The translations under genes and the position numbers were made by a program. From Acidobacteriota bacterium (lineage in GTDB: Bacteria; Acidobacteriota; Polarisedimenticolia; SMYD01): a stretch of 58,508 nucleotides of DNA. The notes under the pieces were generated by a model. It made no database searches. It was given only the letters and a program-made list of their open reading frames with translations, and was not told where the DNA came from. How positions within the stretch are numbered: the first letter of the stretch is position 1; each line of letters begins with the position of its first letter. Shown here piece after piece: positions 35,484 to 44,737 of this stretch. The stretch covers positions 1 through 58,508 of the forward strand of contig JBHHZI010000004.1 in assembly GCA_046757965.1 (NCBI GenBank), read 5' to 3'.

Positions 35484-36467
35484 GTGAGTGTGGAGAAGTC
35501 CGAGTCGAAGATCCTGCCCGCGGTCCTGCTGGTGGATGACGAGGAGCTGTATCTGCGGGCCATGGTCCGCGACTTCCGCCAGCATGGCTATGCGGTGACC
35601 GCCCGGCGCGACACGGTGAGCGGGGAGCAGGCCTATCGCGAGCTCAGGCGCCAGGGACAGCGACCGCTGGTGATCGTCGACCTGGTCCAGCCCGGCAGCG
35701 ATGGGGGCTACCTCGGGGGCCTGGACCTCCTCAGGAGGCTCGGGCCGGACCCGGAGTGCGAGATCATCGCCGTGTCGGATAACGAGGCGGCCTGGCTGGC
35801 CACGTCCGCCCGAAGTCTCGGAGCCAAGCGCACCATCGTCAAACCCGACCTGAGACGGGTCGAACCGGAGCACATCGATTCCGCGGTGCAGGAGTTCCTG
35901 GACGAGATCTCCGGCCGGGAATCCTCGTCGGCGACGCCGACGGAGGCCCCGCTGCGGGAGCCGGGAGCCGGGTCCGGTGGGTCCGCACCGGGGGATCTCC
36001 TCGGAGCCCTGGAGGAGCTGAGGCACGCCGCCGACCGCTCATCGGTTCTGCTGCTGGTGATGCGGTATGCGGCGGAGATCACGGCCCGGGGCCTCCTCTA
36101 TGAGGTGGAGGGCGATCATCTCAGGGTTCTCGGCCGCTTCGGCATGGACGGCGGTGCCCACGGAGACGAGGTCATCGGTCTCGACGAGGACACGCTCCCG
36201 GGGCGGGCCTTCTGGTCCGGCCGGCTCCAGCGCTCCACCGGGAGCGAGGTGGCCGCCCTGGCTCCGGGGCTCCCCGAACCGGCACCCGGCGAGGGCGTGG
36301 CGCTGCCCGTCATGGGTCCGGGAGGCGTGGCGGCCGTGCTCTACGCCGACACCGGGGCTGGAGCCGCCGGTTTGCCGGATCTGCGCTCCCTGAGCGCTCT
36401 GGCCGCGACGGCGAGCCTCGCGCTGGGCCGATCGGTCCGCCGTCCGGTGGCCGCCCGGGCGGTTTGA
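35484..36467 (+). CDS. Response-regulator receiver domain fused to a GAF-like C-terminal domain
   Basis: REC motifs are VLLVDDEE, VIVDLVQPG (acceptor Asp) and TIVKPD. The C-terminal ~170 aa (VLLLVMRYAAEITARGLLYEVEGDHLRVLGRFG...) look GAF-like. GTG at 35484; the ORF-track start at 35394 overlaps nusB. Confidence 0.6.
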   Translation: MSVEKSESKILPAVLLVDDEELYLRAMVRDFRQHGYAVTARRDTVSGEQAYRELRRQGQRPLVIVDLVQPGSDGGYLGGLDLLRRLGPDPECEIIAVSDNEAAWLATSARSLGAKRTIVKPDLRRVEPEHIDSAVQEFLDEISGRESSSATPTEAPLREPGAGSGGSAPGDLLGALEELRHAADRSSVLLLVMRYAAEITARGLLYEVEGDHLRVLGRFGMDGGAHGDEVIGLDEDTLPGRAFWSGRLQRSTGSEVAALAPGLPEPAPGEGVALPVMGPGGVAAVLYADTGAGAAGLPDLRSLSALAATASLALGRSVRRPVAARAV

Positions 36468-36491
36468 AGCCACCCCTGGCGGGACCTATAT
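36463..36491 (+). promoter_or_regulatory. Candidate sigma70-type promoter for the che operon
   Basis: TTGAAG (36463-36468), 17 nt spacer, TATATT (36486-36491), about 65 nt upstream of cheY. Confidence 0.35.
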
Positions 36492-36555
36492 TCCGCCGCG
36501 GACCGGATGCTCGCCATCTGTGGAAGAGGCATCCCTTCTCGCGGGGTGGTGCGCC

Positions 36556-36930
36556 ATGAATTTTTTGATTGTTGAAGATTCGGAGTCGATGCGTGCTTTC
36601 ATCAGCGGAGCCATCGAATCGGGATTCGATGCCGCGGTGACCGAGACCACCAACGGCTTCGAGGCCCTGCGTGCCCTGGCCGGCAAGCAGTTCGATGCCA
36701 TCGTGACCGATATCAATATGCCGGACATCAACGGGCTCGAGTTGCTCCGCTATGTGCGGGAGCACCCGGTCTACCGCAGGATTCCGGTGGTGATCATCTC
36801 GACGGAGATCGCCGAGGAAGACCGGCGTCGCGGCATGAAGGCCGGCGCCTCGGCCTACCTCAACAAACCGTTCCGGCCGGAACAGCTTCAGGAAGTCCTG
36901 ACCGGTCTGCTCGATCAGGAGACCGTGTGA
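36556..36930 (+). CDS. cheY: CheY-like single-domain response regulator
   Basis: MNFLIVEDSESMR, AIVTDINMP and AYLNKPF. ATG at 36556. Confidence 0.85.
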   Translation: MNFLIVEDSESMRAFISGAIESGFDAAVTETTNGFEALRALAGKQFDAIVTDINMPDINGLELLRYVREHPVYRRIPVVIISTEIAEEDRRRGMKAGASAYLNKPFRPEQLQEVLTGLLDQETV

Positions 36931-36936
36931 TCGCTC

Positions 36937-38967
36937 ATGCATGATCCGGGAGGCCACCTGAATCAGGAGGAGTTCCGCGCGGAGGCCGAGGAGATCCTCG
37001 AGAAGCTGGGTGACGAGCTTCGTGAGGCCGAATCCGAAATCGCGCAGGGTGGGATCCGCGCCGGACGGATCAATTCTCTGTTCCGCGGTGTTCACACCCT
37101 GAAGGGCATCGCCGGCCTCCTCGGCCGTGAGGATCTGGGCGCGCTGGCCCACAAGCTGGAGGACTTTCTCGACCGGCTGCGCATGGGAAGAGTGGAACTG
37201 TCCGGCGGCAAGCTGGACCTGCTCTACGACACTCACGAGATGCTCGAGCAGATGCTCGAGGGCAAGGCGGTGGACGAGGCGCGCGTCCGCGAACTCGCGC
37301 AACGTCTCGGAGGAGGGGAGCAGCCACCGGGAGACGCCCCGGAGGCGGCTGCCCTGGAGCCCGGTTTTGCCGCGTTCGACTCCCAGATTCTCGGAGCTCT
37401 CACCGAGTACGAGGAGCACCGCCTGCGGGAGAGCATCGCGGCGAATCGAAAGATCTGGCTGGTGGACGTGTCGCTCGACCTGGAGACATTCGACACCGAA
37501 CTGCGCAACCTGATCGCGATCCTCAACGAGGCCGGTGAGGTGTTGAGCACGCTGCCGTCCTATGCCGGAAGTGGCGACGGGCGGACCCTGGCATTCCGTC
37601 TCCTCTACGCCGGCGAGGACGATCAGGAGACGGTGCGACGTCGAGCGGGGATGGATGTCGCGGTCGTCTCTCCGTTTGCGGTGGAGGAGGTCTCGGACGA
37701 CGTGGTGAGCCCGGTGCCCGGCGGGGAGGGCGCCGCGGATGCGGACGGAAGCGAGATGGACGCCTGGGGTCCCCAGCCCCGGTCGAGCGTGCGGGTGGAT
37801 CTGGAGCGACTCGATCAGATCATGAACCATGCGGGTGCGCTGATCCTGTCCCGACGGAAGATAGAGTCCCTCATGTCGAGCCTAGCGGAACGGGAGGAGG
37901 CGTCGGGGATTCGACGGGATATCGAGAGGGCCGCCGAGGAACTCGGAAAGAAGCTCGATGGGTTGCAGCGCTCGGTCATCGGCGCCCGGATGGTGCCGGT
38001 GGGGCAGATCGTCGGCAGACTGGATCGTCTCGTCCGGAAGCTGTCGCGACGGGCGTCCAAGACGATCCGCTTCTGCGCCGAGGGCGAACGCACGGAACTG
38101 GACAAGGTGATGATCGACAGGCTGCTGAGTCCGTTGATGCACCTGGTGCGCAACGCGGTCGACCACGGCATCGAGACACCGGATGAGCGCCGGGCCGCAG
38201 GGAAGTCGCCGACCGGCACGTTGCAACTGACGGCGGAGCAGAGAGGAAACGCCGTGGTGCTCGCGTTCGCCGACGACGGTCGCGGGATCGATCCGGAGCG
38301 CATCCAGCAGAAGGCGATCAGTCGTGGGATCCTGGACGGCGGGACACAGGTCAGTCCGGAAGAGGTGTCCGACCTCCTCTTCTGCCCCGGATTCTCCACC
38401 GCCGATGCGGTCAGTGACGTGTCCGGACGGGGCGTGGGCCTGGACGTGGTCCGGCGCGAGATCGCGGCGGTGGGTGGCAGCATGCGGATCCAGACGATGC
38501 CGGGTCAGGGCACGACATTCGAGATGGAACTGCCGATCACCATGGCGATCATCCAGTCGATGCTGACCCGGGCCGGAGGGCAGGTGTTCGCGATACCGGT
38601 GTCCGCGGTGGCCGAGACCCTGCGCATGCGCGGTGACCGGCTGGCCACGGTTGCCCGGGAACATGTCGTCCGCTTGCGAGGAGAGACCCTGCCCATGGTC
38701 AGTCTCGCCGAGTACTTCCGGATCGCCGAGAGCGACGCTGGCGTGCCGGCCTACGTGATGGTGCTGCGATGTGGCGAACGGTCGCTGGCGCTGGGTATCG
38801 ACAATGTCATCGGTCAGCAGGAGATCGTGCTCAAGTCCATCGGCGGTCGTCTCAGCAGTATTTCAGGACTGGCCGGTGCCACGGAGATCGGCGAGAACGA
38901 GGCCGCGCTGGTCATCGACCCCATGTCCCTCGCGGGCGATGTCTGGCGCGCGGCCGGCGCAGCGTGA
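36937..38967 (+). CDS. cheA: Chemotaxis histidine kinase CheA
   Basis: Hpt motif FRGVHTLKGIAGLLG. HLVRNAVDHGIE, DDGRGID and GRGVGLDVVR. C-terminal CheW-like domain. Confidence 0.9.
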   Translation: MHDPGGHLNQEEFRAEAEEILEKLGDELREAESEIAQGGIRAGRINSLFRGVHTLKGIAGLLGREDLGALAHKLEDFLDRLRMGRVELSGGKLDLLYDTHEMLEQMLEGKAVDEARVRELAQRLGGGEQPPGDAPEAAALEPGFAAFDSQILGALTEYEEHRLRESIAANRKIWLVDVSLDLETFDTELRNLIAILNEAGEVLSTLPSYAGSGDGRTLAFRLLYAGEDDQETVRRRAGMDVAVVSPFAVEEVSDDVVSPVPGGEGAADADGSEMDAWGPQPRSSVRVDLERLDQIMNHAGALILSRRKIESLMSSLAEREEASGIRRDIERAAEELGKKLDGLQRSVIGARMVPVGQIVGRLDRLVRKLSRRASKTIRFCAEGERTELDKVMIDRLLSPLMHLVRNAVDHGIETPDERRAAGKSPTGTLQLTAEQRGNAVVLAFADDGRGIDPERIQQKAISRGILDGGTQVSPEEVSDLLFCPGFSTADAVSDVSGRGVGLDVVRREIAAVGGSMRIQTMPGQGTTFEMELPITMAIIQSMLTRAGGQVFAIPVSAVAETLRMRGDRLATVAREHVVRLRGETLPMVSLAEYFRIAESDAGVPAYVMVLRCGERSLALGIDNVIGQQEIVLKSIGGRLSSISGLAGATEIGENEAALVIDPMSLAGDVWRAAGAA

Positions 38968-38977
38968 AGGAGAGAGG

Positions 38978-39484
38978 ATGAGCCAGACGACCGTCCCCCC
39001 CAGTCACGTCGAGATCACATACGGAGTTCCTTCGACCGCGCCGGAGCCGGATCTTGCCGCGGCAACGCGACAGTTCCTCACCTTCCGTCTGGCCGACGAG
39101 CGGTTCGGGATCTCCATCGACTCCATCGTGGAGATCCTGAAGTATCGCCCGGCGACCCCGGTTCCCCGGGCGGATCCGGTGGTGCATGGCATCGTTTCCG
39201 TGCGGGGGCAGGTGGTGACGGTCCTGGACGGACGCCTGCGCCTCGGCCTGCCGGCAGCGGAGATCGGCGGCGCCACGCGCATCATCGTGGTGCACGACGG
39301 CAGCGAACTCGTCGGGTTGCTGGTCGATGAAGTGGTCGAGGTCGTCAGGCTGGCGGACGACGCCATCGCGGCGCCGCCGGCGACGGTGCGCGATGCCGGG
39401 GCGAGGGGCATCGTGGGCGTGTGCGACACGCACGACGAGAAGATCCTGATCTTGCTGGACATCGACCGGGTTCTGCGCATCTAG
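38978..39484 (+). CDS. cheW: CheW coupling protein
   Basis: ATG at 38978 follows AAGGAGAGAGG. FLTFRLADERFGISIDSIVEI...VVTVLDGRLRLG. Confidence 0.85.
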   Translation: MSQTTVPPSHVEITYGVPSTAPEPDLAAATRQFLTFRLADERFGISIDSIVEILKYRPATPVPRADPVVHGIVSVRGQVVTVLDGRLRLGLPAAEIGGATRIIVVHDGSELVGLLVDEVVEVVRLADDAIAAPPATVRDAGARGIVGVCDTHDEKILILLDIDRVLRI

Positions 39485-39499
39485 AGGGGAAGAGGGGTC

Positions 39500-40552
39500 A
39501 TGGAAAAGGTCGTGGTCATCGGATGCCCCGCCTGTGGACGCCGGTATCGGTTCGACACGGGCCGTTTCGGAACGAGTGGTGTGCGCATTCGCTGCCGGTC
39601 GTGCGAGATGATCATGCAGGTGCGCGTGAACTCGCAGATGCTGGCCGCCGAGGTCGCGCGGCTCGATGAGGCCCCTGCGCCCGAGAACGTTCCGGAGCCG
39701 CCGCCGGCCCCGTCCGCCGCCCGGGAAGCGCCGGAAGCCTCGCCGTCCTTCGGGGCGGCCGGGGTCGAGGCGCCGGCACCCCTGGATGCCGCCGTCCCGG
39801 TGGAAGGGTCGCCAGCGGAGGCGCCGGAGCCCCGGGACGGCAGACCGATGGCGGCGAGCCCGGCGGAGATGCCGGCCCTGATCGCCGACACGGACGCGGA
39901 CCGCCGCCGGCTGCTCACCGATCTGCTGCATGCCGAGGGGTACACGGTGTCGGAGGTCTGTGACGGGATCGAGGCGCGACGCTCCATCGCCACGATCCGG
40001 CCGCAGGTGGCCTTCCTGAACGCCTTCCTCCCGAACGTGCTCGGCGTCACGCTCTGCTCGGAGATCAAGAGCCATCCGGAGCTGGCCGATATCCGGATCG
40101 TCCTGATCGGCTCCCAGTATCGTCGGGACCGGTTCGTGAGGGACCCGGAGAGCCTCTACGGAGCCGACGCGTTCCTGGATGGCAGTGTCGAGCCGGCCGA
40201 TTTCTCCCGGTGCACCGTCGAGCTGCTCGTCGAGCTGCGGCGGGCAGGGGCTCCGCCGGCCGAGCCGGTGCCGGGGAACGACCTGGAGGGACTGAAGCGC
40301 CTGGCGCGCATCATCGCCGGCGACATCATCCTCTACAACGCGGCCACCGCGGAAGGGGAGATCGCGGCGGGCCGGTTCTTCGAGACGTTCGCCGACGAGA
40401 TCCGGGAGGGGGAGACCCTCGTGGCCCGTCGTTTCCCGTCAGTGGACAACCGCCGAGCGGTCTTTCTCGACACACTCAGAACGGCCATCAACCATCACGG
40501 AACGTTCGCCGGCATATCGGCGCCGGCCGACTCACCGGCCGGAGGGCGCTGA
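39500..40552 (+). CDS. Zinc-ribbon (MJ0042-like CxxC...CxxC) protein with an A/P/E-rich linker, a degenerate receiver domain and a C-terminal helical domain
   Basis: VIGCPACGRRYRF...IRCRSCEMIM. The REC-like region is ALIADTDADRRRLLTDLLHAEGYTV...VAFLNAFLPN...IVLIGS. Asn occupies the usual phospho-acceptor Asp position, and I see no conserved Lys. Confidence 0.7.
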   Translation: MEKVVVIGCPACGRRYRFDTGRFGTSGVRIRCRSCEMIMQVRVNSQMLAAEVARLDEAPAPENVPEPPPAPSAAREAPEASPSFGAAGVEAPAPLDAAVPVEGSPAEAPEPRDGRPMAASPAEMPALIADTDADRRRLLTDLLHAEGYTVSEVCDGIEARRSIATIRPQVAFLNAFLPNVLGVTLCSEIKSHPELADIRIVLIGSQYRRDRFVRDPESLYGADAFLDGSVEPADFSRCTVELLVELRRAGAPPAEPVPGNDLEGLKRLARIIAGDIILYNAATAEGEIAAGRFFETFADEIREGETLVARRFPSVDNRRAVFLDTLRTAINHHGTFAGISAPADSPAGGR

Positions 40553-40558
40553 GGAATC

Positions 40559-42766
40559 GTGGAACCACGCAGCGAGACAGATCAGATCCTCGATGGTCGG
40601 GAGAGCATCGCCGAGCTGGTGGCTCTCCTCGGACAGTCGAGTCTGCGCGTGCGGCGAGCCGCGGTCGCGGCGCTGGCCAAACGGGAACCGTCCGAGACGC
40701 TGCCGGGCCTGCTCGATGCCCTGGGCGATGACGAGAACGCGGCGGCTCGCAATGCCGCCGGCGATGTGGTTCTGCGTTACGGGGAGGCCGTGGTCGCCGC
40801 GTTGACCCGCGCGCTGGACCCCGAGCGATGTCGCGACCGGACCATACAGATTCTCGGCTTGCTGGCGAGGATCCCGTGTCGCGAGTCGGTCGAGGCGGTC
40901 CTCCCCCTGGCCGGCCATGCCGATTCATCCATCGGCGCGGCGGCCATCGGCTGTCTTGCGGGGCTGAAAGATCCCGCCGCCGTTCCGATCCTGATGAATG
41001 TCCTGGACAGCGGCGACCGCTGGCAGACGTTCTACGCCATCGATGCGCTCGGGGAGATCGGGCACGCGGCGGCGGTGAATCGCCTGGTGCCTCTCGCTGC
41101 GGACCCGTACTACCACAAGGCGGTGTTCCGCGCCCTCGGCCGGATCGGTGATGAGTCATCCATTCCACCGCTGGTGAGCGCCCTGGCCGGCGGCCGGCGG
41201 CCCGACCGGACGGCCCTTGCGGCGCTGGATGAGATGGTGGTCCGGGCCCGCCCCGAGGATGTCCGGGAAGCTCTGGTCGAACGAATCCGTGACGCCGTCG
41301 TCGAACTCGACGTCCCGGCGCTGACCCAGGGCCTCATCGAACTGGCCCGGGAAGGAGATGCGGCCATCCGTCAGCCGGCTGTCCGGGCCCTGGGATGGGT
41401 CCTGGACCCGGCCGCGATTCCCTGCCTGGTCGGGGAACTGGTGGAGCCGCAGGTCGCCGACGTGGCTGCCGAGGCGCTCCTCGCCATGGGGGACGAACAT
41501 GCCGACGAGATCCTGGCCGCGGCGATGACAACGCCGCTCCCGTCCGAGGGGCTCCGGCGCGTGATCGATGCGGTGGGGCATGTGGCCACGCCGCGCGTCG
41601 ATGAGTTCCTGGCCGCCGCCTGCCGCCACGACGAGGAGGATATCCGACACGCAGCCGTGACCTGCCTCACCGCGCGGCCGGGTCCCGGCCATCTCGAGAC
41701 CCTGGTGACGGCCCTGGGCGACCACTCGCCCGGCGTGGCCGATCAGGCGGTTGACGGTCTTCTGAATCTCGCCGCCATCTCGCCGCGGGACCGCGAGCAG
41801 GTTGCCGGGCGGGTCGACGGATTGACGGCATCGAAATCACCCGAGGTCCGGCGGGCGGCGTTGCGCATTGTCGGCCGTCTCGGGACCGAGGGGGCGAGCG
41901 AGGCGCTGGAGCTGGCCCTCCACGATCCGGACGGTTCTGTGCGCCGGGAGGCCACGGCGTTGCTGGGAGAATCCGCCGACCCGGATCGGTTGTGGCGGCT
42001 GACCACGGCGCTGGCGGACGAGGACGCCCGTGTCCGCGAGGAGGCGGTGCTTGCCATCGGTCGCCTCCGCGACGAGCGGGCACGCGGCGTGCTCCTGTCC
42101 TCGCTTCATGATCGGAGCATCTGGGTGAAGTGCCGCGCGGCCCGCGCGCTTGCGGAGCATCCGGCCGTGGAGGTGCAGGCCGCGCTGGAGCATGTGGCGC
42201 GCGAGGAGGTCCTGCCGGTGCGGGTGTCGGCCGTGGAGGCGCTCGGCTACCTGCGCCCTGATTCGGAACCGTTTCTCCGGGAGATCGTGACCGACCGGGA
42301 GGCCGAGGTGAGGCGGGCCGCCATGCGGGCCCTGGTGACCGGTCGGGGAGAGGTCCCGGTCTCGGTCCTGGCGGTTGCCCTGGAAGATTCGGTCTGGTCG
42401 GTGCGCTGTGCGGCCGCGGAAGCTCTCGGCGCGTCGGGCCAGCCGGCCGGGTTCTCGCCGCTGTCCCATGCTCTCGACCGGGAATCGGACCCGGTGGTGC
42501 GGCGGAATCTGATCACCGCGCTGTTCAATGTCGACGCGGAGTCGTCGCTCCCGTTTCTGGTGGCCGCCCTGGCGGAGAAGGATGTGGCGCAGACGGCGGC
42601 GGAGATGCTCGTGGCCGGCCATCGTGTGTTTGCGGATGAACTGCGCGCCGAATGGGCCTCCGGCGTAGACCCGGCCACCCGGGAGGGACTCTCGGTGGTC
42701 CTCCAGGAGATCGGGAGGCGGGAATCATCCCGGTCGGGTCTCGATGAGGAAGGGGAACGGCCGTGA
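40559..42766 (+). CDS. HEAT-repeat (PBS-lyase-like) protein, 735 aa
   Basis: More than 15 repeats of the (D/S)xxVRxxAxxALGxxG pattern (VRRAAVAALAK, VRREATALLGE, VRCAAAEALGA and others). GTG at 40559 follows GAGGAA. Confidence 0.8.
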   Translation: MEPRSETDQILDGRESIAELVALLGQSSLRVRRAAVAALAKREPSETLPGLLDALGDDENAAARNAAGDVVLRYGEAVVAALTRALDPERCRDRTIQILGLLARIPCRESVEAVLPLAGHADSSIGAAAIGCLAGLKDPAAVPILMNVLDSGDRWQTFYAIDALGEIGHAAAVNRLVPLAADPYYHKAVFRALGRIGDESSIPPLVSALAGGRRPDRTALAALDEMVVRARPEDVREALVERIRDAVVELDVPALTQGLIELAREGDAAIRQPAVRALGWVLDPAAIPCLVGELVEPQVADVAAEALLAMGDEHADEILAAAMTTPLPSEGLRRVIDAVGHVATPRVDEFLAAACRHDEEDIRHAAVTCLTARPGPGHLETLVTALGDHSPGVADQAVDGLLNLAAISPRDREQVAGRVDGLTASKSPEVRRAALRIVGRLGTEGASEALELALHDPDGSVRREATALLGESADPDRLWRLTTALADEDARVREEAVLAIGRLRDERARGVLLSSLHDRSIWVKCRAARALAEHPAVEVQAALEHVAREEVLPVRVSAVEALGYLRPDSEPFLREIVTDREAEVRRAAMRALVTGRGEVPVSVLAVALEDSVWSVRCAAAEALGASGQPAGFSPLSHALDRESDPVVRRNLITALFNVDAESSLPFLVAALAEKDVAQTAAEMLVAGHRVFADELRAEWASGVDPATREGLSVVLQEIGRRESSRSGLDEEGERP

Positions 42767-43623
42767 GTGCGATGGCCTCCGCGACCCTCGACCGGGTGAC
42801 CGGTCGCAAGGTGCTCGCGGAGGATTCCGTCCGGCAGGTGCTGGAGCTGCTCAACCGGCGTTTTGGCTTCCAGTTCCGGGATTCGTTCCTGGAGATGGCC
42901 CGGGACCGGCTGGCACGGCGGATGCTGGATCTGGGGCTCGAAAACCTGAGGGATTATTACTACCGGCTGCTCTATGACCCGGAGTCGGACCGCGAGTTCG
43001 ATCGCTTGTTCGACACTCTCTCCAACAACGAGACGTACTTCTTCAGGGAGGAGACCCAGATCGCCACGTTCGCCGAGGAGATCCTTCCCGAACGATCAGG
43101 AGCCGCGAAGTCCCGGGTCCGGGTCTGGAGCGCCGGCTGCTCCACCGGAGAGGAGCCGTATTCCCTGGCGATGGCCGTGCTGGAACAGGTGGGGACAGGA
43201 GCCGATCGGGTGGAGATCTTCGGCTCCGATTACTCGGGGCGAGCGCTGGACCGGGCCCGCCGGGGCATCTATCACGGATTCTCCTTCCGGAACCTGCCGG
43301 ACAAGTTTCGCGATCGTTACTTTCGCCGGGAGGATGGGGGAGATTTCCGGATCATCCCGGAGGTGCGCCGGATGGTGCACTTCGGGAAGTGCAATCTGCT
43401 CGGTCAGTCGGGCGATCTGCCTCTCATCAAGTTCGATGCGATCTTCTGCAGGAATGTTCTGATGTATTTCGATCGGGATTCGCGACGGAGAGTGATCGAG
43501 CTGTTTCACGATCGGCTGGCCGAGGGCGGCTACCTGTTTCTCGGACACTCCGAGTCACTGCTGGATCTCTCGGACCAGTTCGAACTCGCCAACCTCGTGA
43601 ACGATGTCGCGTACCGGAGATGA
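42763..43623 (+). CDS. cheR: Chemotaxis protein methyltransferase CheR
   Basis: NETYFFREE, RVWSAGCSTGEEPYSLAM and IFCRNVLMYFD. GTGA overlap with the HEAT gene. Confidence 0.9.
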   Translation: MSAMASATLDRVTGRKVLAEDSVRQVLELLNRRFGFQFRDSFLEMARDRLARRMLDLGLENLRDYYYRLLYDPESDREFDRLFDTLSNNETYFFREETQIATFAEEILPERSGAAKSRVRVWSAGCSTGEEPYSLAMAVLEQVGTGADRVEIFGSDYSGRALDRARRGIYHGFSFRNLPDKFRDRYFRREDGGDFRIIPEVRRMVHFGKCNLLGQSGDLPLIKFDAIFCRNVLMYFDRDSRRRVIELFHDRLAEGGYLFLGHSESLLDLSDQFELANLVNDVAYRR

Positions 43624-43627
43624 GAGA

Positions 43628-44737
43628 ATGATTCGAGTCCTCATCGTCGACGACTCACGGACGAATCGGGTCACCCTCGAACGTCTTCTGTCGGTGGACC
43701 CCGACGTGAGTATCGTGGGCCGCGCCGCGGATGGAGCGGAGGCCATCCGCCTGGTCGAGGAACATCATCCCGATGTGGTGACCCTGGACCTGGAGATGCC
43801 GCACGTCAATGGGCTGACGTTCCTGCGCTGGTTGATGGCGCGCTGCCCCTTGCCCGTCCTCGTGGTCACGTCCCGGGAGTCCAACTATTCCCTCTTCGAG
43901 GCTCTCGAGCTGGGAGCCCTCGACTTCATCCTCAAGCCGGGCCGGGTGAGCCCGGACCTCCCGATCATCCAGCGGGAGCTGATCGACAAGATCCATCTTC
44001 TGGCCGGCATGTCGGGCTGCGTCGATCCCCGGCCGGACGCGGTGATTTCCGTCGTTCAGGACTCCGCGGCGGCGGTGGCGCCCGCCATCGATACGAAGCA
44101 TGACTTGGCGCGCCAGGTCGTCGTCATCGGAGCCAGCACAGGCGGACCGCTGGCCCTGCAGCGCATCTTCAGACGGCTCGGAGCGGACCTTCCGGCCGGA
44201 GTCCTGGTGACGCAGCACATGCCGGCGTACTCGACCTCCTTCTTCGCCGAGCGGCTCGATGAGATCACGCCGTTGCCGGTCCGCGAGGCTCGCGCCGGTG
44301 ACCCGGTACGCGGGGGAGCGATCCTGATCGCTCCCGGCGGCTGGCACATGGGGGTGGAAAGAAGCGAGGGGCAGGGCACACAGATCCGTCTCGATGTGGC
44401 CCGCGATGAGGACCGTCACGTCCCGTCTGCGAACCGGTTGTTCTCCACGGCTGCCAAGGCGTTCGGGCCTTCCTGCGTGGGAGTCGTGCTGACCGGCATG
44501 GGCGATGACGGCAGCCGGGGTCTCAAGGATATCCAGGATGCCGGTGGAGTCACCATCGCCGAGTCGCCGGAGACGGCCGTGGTCTACGGAATGCCACGGC
44601 GGGCCGTCGCCGCGGGTGTGGTCGACCAGATCGTTCCGCTGCCGGATATCGCTGCGGAGATCGAGAATCTGGTGCGGCGCGGGAGCGAGCCAGGTGGGAG
44701 TCACGCAGCGGGGGCAAGGGACAGGGAGTCGATATGA
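43628..44737 (+). CDS. cheB: Chemotaxis methylesterase/deamidase CheB (REC + CheB_methylest)
   Basis: MIRVLIVDDS, VVTLDLEMP, VVVIGASTGGP, TQHMP and TGMGDDGSRGL. Confidence 0.9.
   Translation: MIRVLIVDDSRTNRVTLERLLSVDPDVSIVGRAADGAEAIRLVEEHHPDVVTLDLEMPHVNGLTFLRWLMARCPLPVLVVTSRESNYSLFEALELGALDFILKPGRVSPDLPIIQRELIDKIHLLAGMSGCVDPRPDAVISVVQDSAAAVAPAIDTKHDLARQVVVIGASTGGPLALQRIFRRLGADLPAGVLVTQHMPAYSTSFFAERLDEITPLPVREARAGDPVRGGAILIAPGGWHMGVERSEGQGTQIRLDVARDEDRHVPSANRLFSTAAKAFGPSCVGVVLTGMGDDGSRGLKDIQDAGGVTIAESPETAVVYGMPRRAVAAGVVDQIVPLPDIAAEIENLVRRGSEPGGSHAAGARDRESI

Noticed and set aside
33479-35563. 694-aa minus-strand ORF. Similar cases: 27850..29829, 47764..49866, 36310..37830, 6695..8239, 5322..6698, 19548..20792, 16693..17838
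   Set aside because: All are antisense to genes with strong family motifs. All are Arg/Gly/Pro/His-rich and span several unrelated genes. They are high-GC artefacts.
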